Assembly: GCA_963817525.1 (NCBI GenBank)
Contig: CAWFOU010000007.1
Coordinates: 864,001 to 928,000, forward strand
Source of the DNA: an uncultured archaeon
GTDB lineage: Archaea > Thermoproteota > Nitrososphaeria > Nitrososphaerales > Gagatemarchaeaceae
DNA: 64,000 nucleotides
Reading direction: 5' to 3'
Each line of letters opens with the position of its first letter. The stretch's first letter is position 1. Shown here in pieces: positions 40,030 through 50,245 of the stretch. Below the pieces are notes generated by a model that saw nothing but the letters and a program-made list of their open reading frames with translations, had not been told where the DNA came from and did no database searches. A program made the translations under genes and the position numbers.

Positions 40030-41433
40030 TTGACGCGGGACGCCGATGTAGTAGTAATTGGCGGCGGGCCAGGAGGCTACGTGTGCGCAATCAGGAGCGC
40101 CCAATTGGGTTTGAAGACGATTCTCATCGAAAGGGAACAGTTAGGTGGCATTTGTATTTCGAGCGGTTGCATCCCCTCCAAGGCGCTCATCTCCATGACC
40201 AAACTATACGAGAAGGCGAAAGAGGGGGCAGCTTTCGGGATTATCGCGGACGGAATCAGAGTTGATTTGCCCGCTCTCCAGAAATGGAAAGCCGGGGTCG
40301 TCGCGACCCTTGAGGCCGGGGTCGCCACCCTATGTCGCGGGAACAAGGTGCAGGTCATCGAGGGGAGTGCAGAGGTCATTGACGCAAAGAAGGTCAAAGT
40401 GATGACGAGCTCGGGGACAGAAGAAATCACCACGAAGAACCTCGTCATAGCCACTGGCTCGAAGGCGATATCGCTTCAGGGGGCCGAGTTCGACGGGAGG
40501 TTAATCCTCAGTTCGACCGAGGCTTTGGCTCTTGAGAAGCTGCCCGAGAGCATGTTGGTGATTGGTGGCGGCTACATAGGGCTCGAACTAGCGACGGTCT
40601 ACCGGAAGCTCGGCAGCAAGGTCACGATAGTGGAGCTCACCGACCAGTTGCTCCCTGGCACGGAGCCAGACCTGGTCAGGCTCCCACAGAGGAACCTGGA
40701 GAAGCGGGGCGCGAAGATACTGCTAAAGTCGAAGGTCGTCTCGCTCGAAAAGAGGCCAGGAGGGGTCAAGGCCCAAGTCTCCACCCCCACCGGGGAGGTC
40801 GTCGTGGAGGCGAGCGTCGTCCTCGTGAGCGTTGGTAGGGCGCCGCTGACCGCCGAGATGAACCTCGTCGGCATCGGGGTGAATACCGACGCCAAGGGCT
40901 ACATCGTCACCGACGAGCGGATGAAGACCAGCGCGGAGGGTGTCTACGCCATCGGGGACGTCCGCGGGCAGCCGCTCCTCGCCCACAAGGCGATGAAGGA
41001 GGGGGCCGTGGCTGCGGAGGTGATGGCTGGCCTGCCCAGCGCCGCCGACTGGAAGACCGTCCCCTGGGCGATCTTCACCGACCCGGAGATCGCCGGAGTC
41101 GGGCTCACGGAGAAGGCCGCCGTGGAAGCCGGGCTCGAGGTGAAGAGGAGCAGGTTCTCCTTCGGCGCCCTGGGGCGGGCGCTCGCCTCCGCGGAGGCTG
41201 AGGGCTACGTCAGGATCGTCTCAGACGCGAAGACCGGCCTGGTGCTCGGGGTGCAGATAGTAGGGCCCGACGCCTCCAACCTCATCAGCGAGGCGGCCCT
41301 GGCCATAGAGATGGGCGCCACGGTCGACGACATCGCGCTCACCATCCACCCCCACCCCACCCTCCCCGAGGCCATCATGGAGGCAGCGGAGGTGGCGGCC
41401 GGAAGGCCAATCCACCAGATGAAGGGGCTGTAG
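40030..41433 (+). CDS. lpdA: Dihydrolipoamide dehydrogenase (E3)
   Basis: GGGPGG, GGICISSGCIPSK, GGGYIGLE, HPHPTLPE. Confidence 0.96.
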   Translation: MTRDADVVVIGGGPGGYVCAIRSAQLGLKTILIEREQLGGICISSGCIPSKALISMTKLYEKAKEGAAFGIIADGIRVDLPALQKWKAGVVATLEAGVATLCRGNKVQVIEGSAEVIDAKKVKVMTSSGTEEITTKNLVIATGSKAISLQGAEFDGRLILSSTEALALEKLPESMLVIGGGYIGLELATVYRKLGSKVTIVELTDQLLPGTEPDLVRLPQRNLEKRGAKILLKSKVVSLEKRPGGVKAQVSTPTGEVVVEASVVLVSVGRAPLTAEMNLVGIGVNTDAKGYIVTDERMKTSAEGVYAIGDVRGQPLLAHKAMKEGAVAAEVMAGLPSAADWKTVPWAIFTDPEIAGVGLTEKAAVEAGLEVKRSRFSFGALGRALASAEAEGYVRIVSDAKTGLVLGVQIVGPDASNLISEAALAIEMGATVDDIALTIHPHPTLPEAIMEAAEVAAGRPIHQMKGL

Positions 41434-42093
41434 ATGCCCATGCTCCTCTCGCTCCTCGACCGCGGAAGGGAGCCTTACCAGGCCACCTGGGAGCTCCAGA
41501 AGGATCTGGTTAGGCGCAGGACCGAGGGCGAGACCGACGTGGACGCCCTGATCCTTGTCGAGCACGACCACGTCATCACGCTCGGGAGGAAGACCACCCC
41601 TGAGAACTTCAAGCCCCAGGACATCCCCGTCTTCCAGGTCGAGAGGGGCGGAGACGCCACCTACCACGGCCCGGGGCAGCTCGTGGGCTACCCCATAGTC
41701 AGGCTAGCCACGCCCAACGTCCAGCGATTCGTCCGCGACCTCGAGGAGGTCCTGATCCAGGCGACGCATGCGTTCGACGTCGAGTCCGTCAGGGTCGAGG
41801 GCCACCCGGGGGTCTGGGTGGCAGGCCGGAAGGTCGCCTCCATCGGCGTCGCGGTGACCAACTGGGTCACATTCCACGGCTTCGCCCTCAACGTCAACAC
41901 AGACCTCTCCTACTTCGGCCTTATCAAGCCCTGCGGCCTGGACCCCGAGAAGATAACGTCGATGCAGCGTGTGCTCGGAAGAGAGGTGCCCTTCGAGGAC
42001 GTCAAGAACGAGGTCGTCTCGAAGTTCGCGCAGGTGTTCGGCTACGAGGTCCAAAGCCCCGCGAGTCCAAAGCTGTCTCCACGTCAAGCCTGA
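41434..42093 (+). CDS. lipB: Lipoyl(octanoyl) transferase
   Basis: EH..VITLG, RGGDATYHGPGQLVGY, KVASIG, HGFALN, PCG. Confidence 0.93.
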   Translation: MPMLLSLLDRGREPYQATWELQKDLVRRRTEGETDVDALILVEHDHVITLGRKTTPENFKPQDIPVFQVERGGDATYHGPGQLVGYPIVRLATPNVQRFVRDLEEVLIQATHAFDVESVRVEGHPGVWVAGRKVASIGVAVTNWVTFHGFALNVNTDLSYFGLIKPCGLDPEKITSMQRVLGREVPFEDVKNEVVSKFAQVFGYEVQSPASPKLSPRQA

Positions 42094-42131
42094 GGAAAGA
42101 TTAAGAAGCCGAGCCAGAGGCGGAAATTTTC

Positions 42132-43706
42132 GTGCCCAAGACTCCGAAGATCACCTACGTGACGCTCTTCGCAGACGAGAGCATCCACCCGAAGTACGAG
42201 GCCGCCCTGAAGAAGTTCACCTCGACGCAGCTCGGGAAGCACCACAAGATGCACATCGGCGCCAAGGAGGTGGCTTCCGAGGCGGGCGAGTTCGAGCACA
42301 GGAGCCCGATCGACACCTCGATAGTCGTGAGCTACTTCCCGATCGGCCAGAGGGAGCACGCGAAGCAGGCCGTGGACGCCGCGAAGGCCGCGTTCCCGGG
42401 CTGGAGCGCCACCCCGTGGCGTGAGAGGGTGCGGGTCCTCAAGCGGGCCGCCGAGCTCATCGACGAGCGCAAGTTCGAGATAGCCGCAGCGATCACCTAC
42501 GAGGTCGGGAAGAACCGCCTCGAGTCGCTCGCGGAGGCCTGGGAGGCGGTGGACGCCATCAGGCTCTACGCGAAGGTGATGGAGGATAACAAGGGATACG
42601 CCAAGGAGACGGAGGGCGTGGCCGGGGAGCACGGCAAGATAATCGCAAAGCCCCTGGGCGTGTGGCCTGTCATCTCCCCGTTCAACTTCCCCTTCATGCT
42701 GGCCAACGGGATGGCCACGGGCGCGCTCCTGACGGGCAACACGGTCATCCTGAAGCCCACCAGCGAGGCGCCCCTCACCGGCCTCATGCTCTACAAGGCC
42801 TATCGGGACGCGGGCGTCCCCGCGGGCGCCGTGAACCTGGTCACAGGCCCCGGCGCGAACTTCTCGGCCGAGTTCACCGAGAACCGCGACGTCGCGGGCA
42901 TCACGTTCACAGGCTCGAGGTCCGTGGGGATGAGCCTCTACCACGAGTTCCTCACCAACCAGCCCTACGCCAAACCCGTCCTTATGGAGCTGGGGAGCAA
43001 GAACCCCGCCATAATCACGGCCAAGGCCGACCTCAAGAAGGCGGTCGAGGGGGTCGTCCGGGCCGCCTACGGCTACAGCGGGCAAAAGTGCAGCGCCAAC
43101 TCCAGGGTGTACGTCCAGAGCGGGGTGATGGGCGAGTTCCTGGAGATGCTGAAGATGAGGCTCGCCGCCGTCGAGGTCCAGGACCCGAGGGAGAAGAGCG
43201 CGTTCATGGGCCCGATCATCAATCCGGCGGCGGTGGAGACGTTCACAAGTGCGGTCAAGGAGGCGCGGGAGGACGGAGGGGAGGTAGCCTTCGGCGGCAA
43301 AGTCCTCACCAAGGGGGCCTTCCGGAAGGGATACTACGTCCAGCCCACTGTGGTGACCGGCCTCCCGATAGGCCACCCGCTCTTCAAGAAGGAGCTCTTC
43401 GTCCCCCTCCTTGTCGTCGCCGAGTTCAAGACCCTCGAGGAGGCCATAAGGGAGGCCAACGACACCGACTACGGCCTGACCGCCGGCATCTTCAGCGAGG
43501 ACAAGAAGGAGGTGGCGAAGTTCATGGACGAGATCCAGTTCGGGGTCGTCTACGCGAACAGGAGCGGCGGGGCGACCACAGGAGCCTGGCCGGGGCCCCA
43601 ATCGTTCGTTGGGTGGAAGGCGAGCGGCTCGACGGGCAAGGGAATCGGCGGGCCTAGCTACCTCCTGACCTTCCTGAGAGAGCAGTCCCAGACCATCGTC
43701 TCTTAG
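42132..43706 (+). CDS. Aldehyde dehydrogenase, probably 1-pyrroline-5-carboxylate dehydrogenase
   Basis: SPFNFP, FTGS, ELGSKN, GQKCSA, YGLTAG, TTGAWPG. Confidence 0.88.
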   Translation: MPKTPKITYVTLFADESIHPKYEAALKKFTSTQLGKHHKMHIGAKEVASEAGEFEHRSPIDTSIVVSYFPIGQREHAKQAVDAAKAAFPGWSATPWRERVRVLKRAAELIDERKFEIAAAITYEVGKNRLESLAEAWEAVDAIRLYAKVMEDNKGYAKETEGVAGEHGKIIAKPLGVWPVISPFNFPFMLANGMATGALLTGNTVILKPTSEAPLTGLMLYKAYRDAGVPAGAVNLVTGPGANFSAEFTENRDVAGITFTGSRSVGMSLYHEFLTNQPYAKPVLMELGSKNPAIITAKADLKKAVEGVVRAAYGYSGQKCSANSRVYVQSGVMGEFLEMLKMRLAAVEVQDPREKSAFMGPIINPAAVETFTSAVKEAREDGGEVAFGGKVLTKGAFRKGYYVQPTVVTGLPIGHPLFKKELFVPLLVVAEFKTLEEAIREANDTDYGLTAGIFSEDKKEVAKFMDEIQFGVVYANRSGGATTGAWPGPQSFVGWKASGSTGKGIGGPSYLLTFLREQSQTIVS

Positions 43707-44119
43707 GACGAGGCGTCCTGGCGCCTGGAATACGCGGAGTAGACCAGCGCAGCCATGAGCAGGCCAATCAGGAGCGGAGAGACCGTCCCTACAAGGCTCG
43801 CAGCGCCCTCCCCGGGGATGACCGCCAGGAGCGAGTCCGGCCTCGAACTCCTCGAACCGTTGGCATTCGCGATGGTGATTGGCCCTAGCGCTGGGGAAGA
43901 CGAGCTAGACACGTTCGGCCCGCCGCGACCGATAGCGGGGGCACTCCCAACGCCGGCCTGTCCGTTGGCAAGTTGCACGGAAGTGGTCGTCTCCGTTGCT
44001 TCCACGTGGGAACTGGGGCCGATTGCGGGGTTTGCCTGGGGGAAGGCGGCGACCAGGCCGACCAGCAGCAGGGCTATCGCTAGCCCTCCCACCGCCCCGG
44101 CGAAGAAGCCCGCCTTCAT
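43703..44119 (-). CDS. Two-TM hypothetical membrane protein
   Basis: Hydrophobic N- and C-terminal helices around a low-complexity linker. Confidence 0.6.
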   Translation of the reverse strand: MKAGFFAGAVGGLAIALLLVGLVAAFPQANPAIGPSSHVEATETTTSVQLANGQAGVGSAPAIGRGGPNVSSSSSPALGPITIANANGSRSSRPDSLLAVIPGEGAASLVGTVSPLLIGLLMAALVYSAYSRRQDASS

Positions 44120-44170
44120 CTCGCTGCCATCTCCATGTCAAGCGCACCCGGGGTTACTTAATTCCAACAT

Positions 44171-44659
44171 CTAGAACGGCTTCCTCCTCCACAGCCTCGC
44201 GGCCTCGAACCAGAACGCCGCGGCCGCGCCCACCGTCCCGACCAGAGCATACAGGTCCAGGAAGCTATAGTCCTCCACCACGTAGGCGGCCGCTATCGTC
44301 GTGAAGAAGACGGCGTAGAACCCGAGCCTGGGGAGGCTGAACTTCCCCACGTTCACGAATGCCTGGAGTATCCCTGGGTCCACCTTCTTCGTGAGGATGT
44401 AGTTCCCCATCCCGTCCTGCTCGATTATCCCGAGCCGCGAGAGCTTCTCTATGTGGTGGTAGGCGACGCTGGGGCTCGAGAACCCGAGCTCCCGCTGGAC
44501 CTCCCTGACCCCTACTGGCTTGCCCTGCTTCAGGACGTAGAGGTAGACCTTGAGAGTCTTGCCGCGCAGCTCGTACTCGATCCTCGCCTTCTGGTCCTCT
44601 CCCGAGGGCGCTGGGGCTGCCATGGCCTTGGACCTGCGCGTCACCTGCAGATAAGACAT
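44171..44659 (-). CDS. Membrane-anchored winged-HTH transcriptional regulator
   Basis: GVREVQRELGFSSPSVAYHHIEKL; two C-terminal TM helices. Confidence 0.85.
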   Translation of the reverse strand: MSYLQVTRRSKAMAAPAPSGEDQKARIEYELRGKTLKVYLYVLKQGKPVGVREVQRELGFSSPSVAYHHIEKLSRLGIIEQDGMGNYILTKKVDPGILQAFVNVGKFSLPRLGFYAVFFTTIAAAYVVEDYSFLDLYALVGTVGAAAAFWFEAARLWRRKPF

Positions 44660-44696
44660 ATACCTCTTATGGAGGGCTCAGGGAAGGCGCCGCCGG

Positions 44697-45542
44697 TTGA
44701 CCCTCGCGGGGAAGAGGATTTGCGTGGCGGTCCCTGACACGGTCCTCGAGGAGCACGACTCGACCCGGGAGAAGACCGCGAAGCTCGGGCAGATTGCGAG
44801 GTACTGCGCCATATTCGGGGTTGACAAGGTCAGGGTGTTCAACGATCCCCGCGGGAGGGGCGAGTCGGCCTTCATCCGGAAGGTCCTCGAGTACCTGGAG
44901 ACGCCCCAGTACCTCCGCAAGCGCCTCTTCCCCATCAGCGAGGACCTGAAGTACGCGGGCCTCCTCCCGCCCCTCCGCATCCCATCGCATAAGCCGAAGG
45001 TCCCCCTCGCGGGCCTCCGGCCGGGGGAGCTCAGGGAGGGGGTGGTGCTCGGCGACGGCCTCACCGTCGACGCCGGGCTAGACTTCCCCGTCACCCTCAG
45101 GAACAAGCAGGCGCCGCAGAGGCGGCTCACCGTGAAGATAACCTCCGTCTCCCCCTCCGGGGTGGCCGGGGTGCCCGCCGACCCGCGTGAGGTCAAGGCG
45201 TACTGGGGCTACTCCGTCGAGGTCTCCGGGGCCACCGCGATGCTCGCCGACCCCGCGTTCACGCTCAAGGTGGCCACGTCCCGCCTCGGCGACCCCGTCG
45301 GGCGCGTGGCGAGGGGCCTGCGCATCGACCTCCATGGCTCAGGGGGACTGATGCTCATCTTCGGCTCGCCTTCAAGGGGCCTCTTCGACACGATAGGCAA
45401 GGACCTGCGCAGCAGGGTGGGCTACGTGGTAAACCTGTTCCCGGAGCGGAACGTGGTCACCGCGCGCTCCGAGGAGGCCATACTCTCTGCCCTCTACCTT
45501 GTCGCGCTCCTCGCCGCCCCAGAACTCCCACCCTTCGTCTGA
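44697..45542 (+). CDS. SPOUT RNA methyltransferase (DUF171 type)
   Basis: KLGQIARYCAIFGVD, YLETPQYLRK, GLLPPL, YWGY, FGSP, RSEEA. Confidence 0.9.
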   Translation: MTLAGKRICVAVPDTVLEEHDSTREKTAKLGQIARYCAIFGVDKVRVFNDPRGRGESAFIRKVLEYLETPQYLRKRLFPISEDLKYAGLLPPLRIPSHKPKVPLAGLRPGELREGVVLGDGLTVDAGLDFPVTLRNKQAPQRRLTVKITSVSPSGVAGVPADPREVKAYWGYSVEVSGATAMLADPAFTLKVATSRLGDPVGRVARGLRIDLHGSGGLMLIFGSPSRGLFDTIGKDLRSRVGYVVNLFPERNVVTARSEEAILSALYLVALLAAPELPPFV

Positions 45543-45709
45543 AGTCGAAGAAGCTCGGAACCCTCCCGAAAATTGCGTAAAAGCAGCGTTTTTGACGCGG
45601 TTTGGGCAATGTTTTTATCATGTTGAAGCTACTCGTTCTGTTTTACAGGTATCCGGTGGTTTAGATTTCCAGTCTGACGCAAAGAAAGACGGTCGAACTC
45701 AAGAGCTAC

Positions 45710-48001
45710 ATGCCCCTGCCTACTTCGAGGTCCAGGGAGTTCTGGACCAAGTGGAAGATCCTCCACATCAGGCAGCTCGCGGAGACCGGGCGAGCCACCA
45801 GCGAGCTCTGGCTCCCGGAGGCCGAGAGGACTGGCAGGGCGCTCGACCAGATCTACCTCAAGCGCACGGACGCGCCGAGGCAGGGGGTCACGGCCGACAC
45901 CTCCATCCGCTTCGCGGCGGGCTCTCCCCTTAGGCTCTCCTCGCCGATGTACCTGGGCGACATGTCCTTCGGCGCGCTCTCGGGCGTCCCGAACGCCGCC
46001 ATCGCAAAGGCCGCAGACCTCACGGGGATAATGGCGGGCACGGGCGAAGGGGGCCTCCTGAAGGAGGTCGCCGAGTGCAGCAGGATAACCGTCCAGTGGG
46101 CGTCGGCCAGGTTCGGCGTCGACGCAAGCACGCTCACAAAAGGCCAGGCGGTCGTGATCAAGATAGGCCAGGGGGCCAAGCCGGGGATCGGCGGCCACCT
46201 CCCGGGCGTCAAGGTCACCACGCCCATCTCGGAGACGAGGCGCATCCCCTTGGGCACGGACGCCATCTCCCCAGCGCCCCACCACGACATCTACTCGATA
46301 GAGGACCTTGGGCAGCGGATCCTGGGCCTGAAGGAGGCCACCAAGAAGCCTGTCTTCGTGAAGGTCGGCGCCACGAACTACATCCCCTACATCGCGTCGG
46401 GGGTGGCGAGGATGGGCGCCGCTGGGATAATCATCGACGGAGCGGGCGCGGGGACGGGAGCGGCCCCCTCGGTGGTCAAGAACAACGTCGGGGTCCCCAT
46501 CGAGCTGGCCATAGCGTCCGTGGACTCTATCCTGAGGCGCGAGGGGCTCAGGGACAACTTCACAGTCATCGCCGCGGGGAGGGTGAGCACCCCGGAGGAC
46601 TCGGCGAAGCTCATCGCCCTCGGCGCGGACGTCACCAGCGTGGGCACGGGAGCCTTGCTCGCGATAGGGTGCCTCATGGTGCACAAGTGCCACCTGGGCT
46701 TCTGCCCCGCCATACTCACCAACAAGATCTCCGACAGCCCGGTCAGGACGCTGTCCTTCGACCAGTCGGTGACCTGGCTCGCCAACATGGTGAGGGGCTG
46801 GACCGAGGAGCTGAAGCTGATAATGGAGGCGATGGGCGTGTCGAACCTCGAGGAGCTGAGGTCTCGGCGCGACCTCCTCTTCCACAACGGAACCCTCAAC
46901 TCCGAGACCCTCAAGATACTGGGCGTCGAGACCAACCTGCACACCTCCGCGCCTTCGCCCGCTCCTTCCAGGGCGCCTCCGAGGGGCGCGGACCTCTGGG
47001 ACCCCACCAGGTCCACCGCGCTATGGGAGCTCTCCGGGACGACGGGCAAGTCCCCCGGCGAGGCCCAGATATCGAGCATGGGCTCCATCGGGCCGCCCTT
47101 CGTCGATGCACCCTCCAGGCTGGCGGACTGGGTGGTGACCGACGGGGCGCAGGTCACGCGGCCTAGCATCGACCCCTACCGCGAGGAGATCGAGATCGTC
47201 AACTACCTCGCCCAGGGGAGGATAAGGCTCGCCGCGCCGTTCTTCTTCACACACCTCCCCGAGAGGGTGCCGGACAGCATCCGGACCATCTTCGCGAGGA
47301 CGGCCTCCGCGATGGGGCTCCTCTACGACGACTCCACGGGCAGGCTCAACGGGGGCAGATACCCAGGGCGGGTGATAGCCCCGGCCAACGGGCACGACTC
47401 GGGCTCGATGATCACCTTCGTCGACCTGAAGGAGCAAGCCTCCGGGGTCTCCGTCCCGAGGGAAGGCAACGGGAAGCAGGGTTCCGTCTACCTGAGGATC
47501 CCGTCCTCGACGGCTGCGCTCGAGTGGGTGCGCTCGAACCTCCAGGGCCTCGAGGCCTACCGGGGCTTCCTCGTCGACGAGGACGACGAGGAGAGCGACC
47601 TCCAGCTTGAGCTCTCCGTCTCCAAGCTCGACCGCGACCTCATCGAGAAGGACGTGAGGTGGAAGTTCGACATCCTCGCCGAGGGCAACATGGTGAGGGG
47701 CTCGGAGGACATCGTGAAGCTAGTGGCCATGGGGGCGGACTGCGTGGGGTTCGGCAAGGCCGCGCTCGTCGCGGTCGGGTTCGAGGACGACCAGGAGGTC
47801 GTCATCGACATGCAGAAGCTCACCGACCACCTTGAGAACCTCGTCGTCGCGTTCGTCAAAGACATCAAGCTGCTCGCGGGCGCCGCCGGCATGAGCAGCG
47901 TGGCCTCCTCGCTCGTGGGCAACAGGGAGATACTCAGGACGGTGGGGCTCGACCCGGCCATACGAAAGGAGCTGGGCATCAAGCCCGCGGGAGCGGCGTG
48001 A
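45710..48001 (+). CDS. Glutamate synthase FMN-binding subunit (GltB2) with a second, degenerate FMN domain
   Basis: MSFGALS, TGEGG, QWASARFG, KIGQGAKPGIGGHLPG, SPAPHHDIYSIEDL, C...C..GFCP; second QVTRPSIDPYRE block. Confidence 0.9.
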   Translation: MPLPTSRSREFWTKWKILHIRQLAETGRATSELWLPEAERTGRALDQIYLKRTDAPRQGVTADTSIRFAAGSPLRLSSPMYLGDMSFGALSGVPNAAIAKAADLTGIMAGTGEGGLLKEVAECSRITVQWASARFGVDASTLTKGQAVVIKIGQGAKPGIGGHLPGVKVTTPISETRRIPLGTDAISPAPHHDIYSIEDLGQRILGLKEATKKPVFVKVGATNYIPYIASGVARMGAAGIIIDGAGAGTGAAPSVVKNNVGVPIELAIASVDSILRREGLRDNFTVIAAGRVSTPEDSAKLIALGADVTSVGTGALLAIGCLMVHKCHLGFCPAILTNKISDSPVRTLSFDQSVTWLANMVRGWTEELKLIMEAMGVSNLEELRSRRDLLFHNGTLNSETLKILGVETNLHTSAPSPAPSRAPPRGADLWDPTRSTALWELSGTTGKSPGEAQISSMGSIGPPFVDAPSRLADWVVTDGAQVTRPSIDPYREEIEIVNYLAQGRIRLAAPFFFTHLPERVPDSIRTIFARTASAMGLLYDDSTGRLNGGRYPGRVIAPANGHDSGSMITFVDLKEQASGVSVPREGNGKQGSVYLRIPSSTAALEWVRSNLQGLEAYRGFLVDEDDEESDLQLELSVSKLDRDLIEKDVRWKFDILAEGNMVRGSEDIVKLVAMGADCVGFGKAALVAVGFEDDQEVVIDMQKLTDHLENLVVAFVKDIKLLAGAAGMSSVASSLVGNREILRTVGLDPAIRKELGIKPAGAA

Positions 48002-50208
48002 GAAGCGACATGGCCGAGTACCCTACCTACGACACCACCTACGGCCAGCCCATCTACAAGGACGGCTGCGGTATCTTCGGCGTGATCAGGAAGGACCGCG
48101 CCCCCAAGGTCTCCAACCTCGACGCCCTCACGGGCATCGCGTGCATAAAGTACAGGGGGAGCGACCTCGGGGCGGGCTTCGCGCTCTTCGACCCCTCTCT
48201 CAGCAGCGGAGGGCAGACCCACAAGATAAAGGCCTTCGTCAGGAACCAGACCATCGCCGACAACCTCCAGGACCAGCTCGCGGCTTCGGTCAACTCCCCG
48301 AGGGACGTGAGCCTCCTGATTCCTGACGGGGTCACCGGGAGGGAGCGCTTCGGGATCTGGGAGGGGAGCCTCAGCACGTCCGACAACCCGACGCTGGAGA
48401 GGACCATCGACAGCATAAACGGGGAGCTCCTCTCCGACGGCAAGATAGACGGGCGCATCTTCTCCTACGGCAGGTACCTCGATGTCTTCAAGGAGGTTGG
48501 GTTCCCGCTGGAGGTCGCGAAGGAATACCACCTGGACGCTGACACGAAGAAGGCCGACGTCTGGATAGCCCACACGAGGCAGCCGACCAACTCTCCGGGT
48601 CGCTACCCGATATGGTCGCACCCCTTCGCCTCGATGGACACGGCCATCGCGCACAATGGGGACATCAGCTCCTACGGGGCCAACCTCGAGCAGCTCAACT
48701 CTTGGGGCCTGCGCAGCCACGTGGGGACGGACAGCGAGGTCATCGCGCGCCTCCTCGACCACCTCGTGCGCGTGGAGGGGCTCTCGCTCTTCGAGGCCGC
48801 CACGCTGCTCACCAACCCCTTTGAGAGGCAGTTCTCTCCGGAGGTCCGCAAGCTGCTAATAAGATACAGGGGTGCGCGCCTCGACGGGCCCTTCGCAGTG
48901 GTCGCCGGCTTCTGCGACGGGAACGACACCTACCTCTTGGCGCTCACCGACAGGTCCAAGTTCCGCCCCCTCCTCGTCGGGGAGGACGGAGGGAGGTTCT
49001 ACGTCGCGAGCGAGGAGAACCAGATCAGGAACCTCTCCAAGGACGCGGTCGTCTGGGCCCCCGAGCCTGGCTCCTTCTTCCTCGCCTCGGTCAAGAAGGG
49101 GATAATCGAACCGGGCACCAAGAGGAAGATCTACTCGTTCCAGACGGGAGGGAGCGTCAGCGGAGTGGCCTCGGCCTTCGGCAGCTACTCGCGCCCGCAG
49201 CGAGAGTCCGTCGCCTCCCGCTCCGCCGACTCGGTCGCGGTCCTCGACTCCTCCGGCGTGGGCTTTAGCGAGATCAACGAGTTCCTCCGCAAGGCCTACC
49301 GCGCAGGGAGCGAAAGCGTGAGGATAGACAACGTGAGCGGGCAGAGGTATCTCGGCATCGGGTTCTCCACGAAGCAGGAGGACGGGACCAGACGGAAGTT
49401 CAAGGTAGAGCTCAACGGCTACCCCGGGAACTGCCTCGCCAACCTCAACGACGGCGTCACCTACGAGGTCCACGGGAACGTCTCCGACGACCTCGCTGAC
49501 ACCATGCACGGGGGCTCGGTGATAATCCACGGGAGCGCCAGGGACGTCGCGGGCCAGACCCTCCAGGGCGGGCGCATCTTCGTCAGGGGGTCGGTCGGGA
49601 ACAGGGCCGCGATCCAGATGCGCGAGTACAAGCAGGCGAGGCCGTTCTTCGTCGTGGGCGAGACCGCGGACGACTACCTCGGCGAGTACATGGCGGGCGG
49701 GGTGCTCGCTGTCCTCAACCTCTTGGGTTCCGACAGGCCCGTGGGCAAGTTCGCCGCGACCGGCCTCGTCGGCGGGACGCTCTACATCAGGGGAGAGGTC
49801 GACCCCACCCAGCTCGGGCTCCCCCCGAGCTCCGAGGACGTCCTAGCGTACCTCCGGACGTGCGTGTTGGACGGCACCCTCTCGAAGGACGCCTTCGAGG
49901 CGGTCTCGAAGCTCCGATACCCGAGCGACCATGACATGGCCCCGCTGCTCCCCGCGCCGCTCCTCGCGAGGGTCCGCTTCCTCTTCTTCACCAGCAAGTA
50001 CACGAAGCCTCTCGTAAGGGAGTACAGGAACCTGAACCCGGCCGACCTCGAGGTGCTCGCGGGCGTGCTAGAGTCGTTCTTCCAGACCTTCGGCCTCCCA
50101 CGCTCCATGCTCGACTCCGTCCTGGCCTCGAAGTTCACCATCCTGAAGGCGGGAGACCAGAAGGTCGCGACCCCCATCCCTCCGCAGGAAATCCCCGTGG
50201 AAGAGTAG
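47998..50208 (+). CDS. Glutamate synthase glutamine amidotransferase (GltB1) fused to GXGXG domain (GltB3)
   Basis: DG|CGIFG, AHTRQPTNS, HPF, HNG, TDSE, DGPF; GQRYLG, DYLGEYMAGG. Confidence 0.9.
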   Translation: MRSDMAEYPTYDTTYGQPIYKDGCGIFGVIRKDRAPKVSNLDALTGIACIKYRGSDLGAGFALFDPSLSSGGQTHKIKAFVRNQTIADNLQDQLAASVNSPRDVSLLIPDGVTGRERFGIWEGSLSTSDNPTLERTIDSINGELLSDGKIDGRIFSYGRYLDVFKEVGFPLEVAKEYHLDADTKKADVWIAHTRQPTNSPGRYPIWSHPFASMDTAIAHNGDISSYGANLEQLNSWGLRSHVGTDSEVIARLLDHLVRVEGLSLFEAATLLTNPFERQFSPEVRKLLIRYRGARLDGPFAVVAGFCDGNDTYLLALTDRSKFRPLLVGEDGGRFYVASEENQIRNLSKDAVVWAPEPGSFFLASVKKGIIEPGTKRKIYSFQTGGSVSGVASAFGSYSRPQRESVASRSADSVAVLDSSGVGFSEINEFLRKAYRAGSESVRIDNVSGQRYLGIGFSTKQEDGTRRKFKVELNGYPGNCLANLNDGVTYEVHGNVSDDLADTMHGGSVIIHGSARDVAGQTLQGGRIFVRGSVGNRAAIQMREYKQARPFFVVGETADDYLGEYMAGGVLAVLNLLGSDRPVGKFAATGLVGGTLYIRGEVDPTQLGLPPSSEDVLAYLRTCVLDGTLSKDAFEAVSKLRYPSDHDMAPLLPAPLLARVRFLFFTSKYTKPLVREYRNLNPADLEVLAGVLESFFQTFGLPRSMLDSVLASKFTILKAGDQKVATPIPPQEIPVEE

Positions 50209-50245
50209 GACACTGTCCTCGAAAGAGTAGTTGGAGGTAATCGAC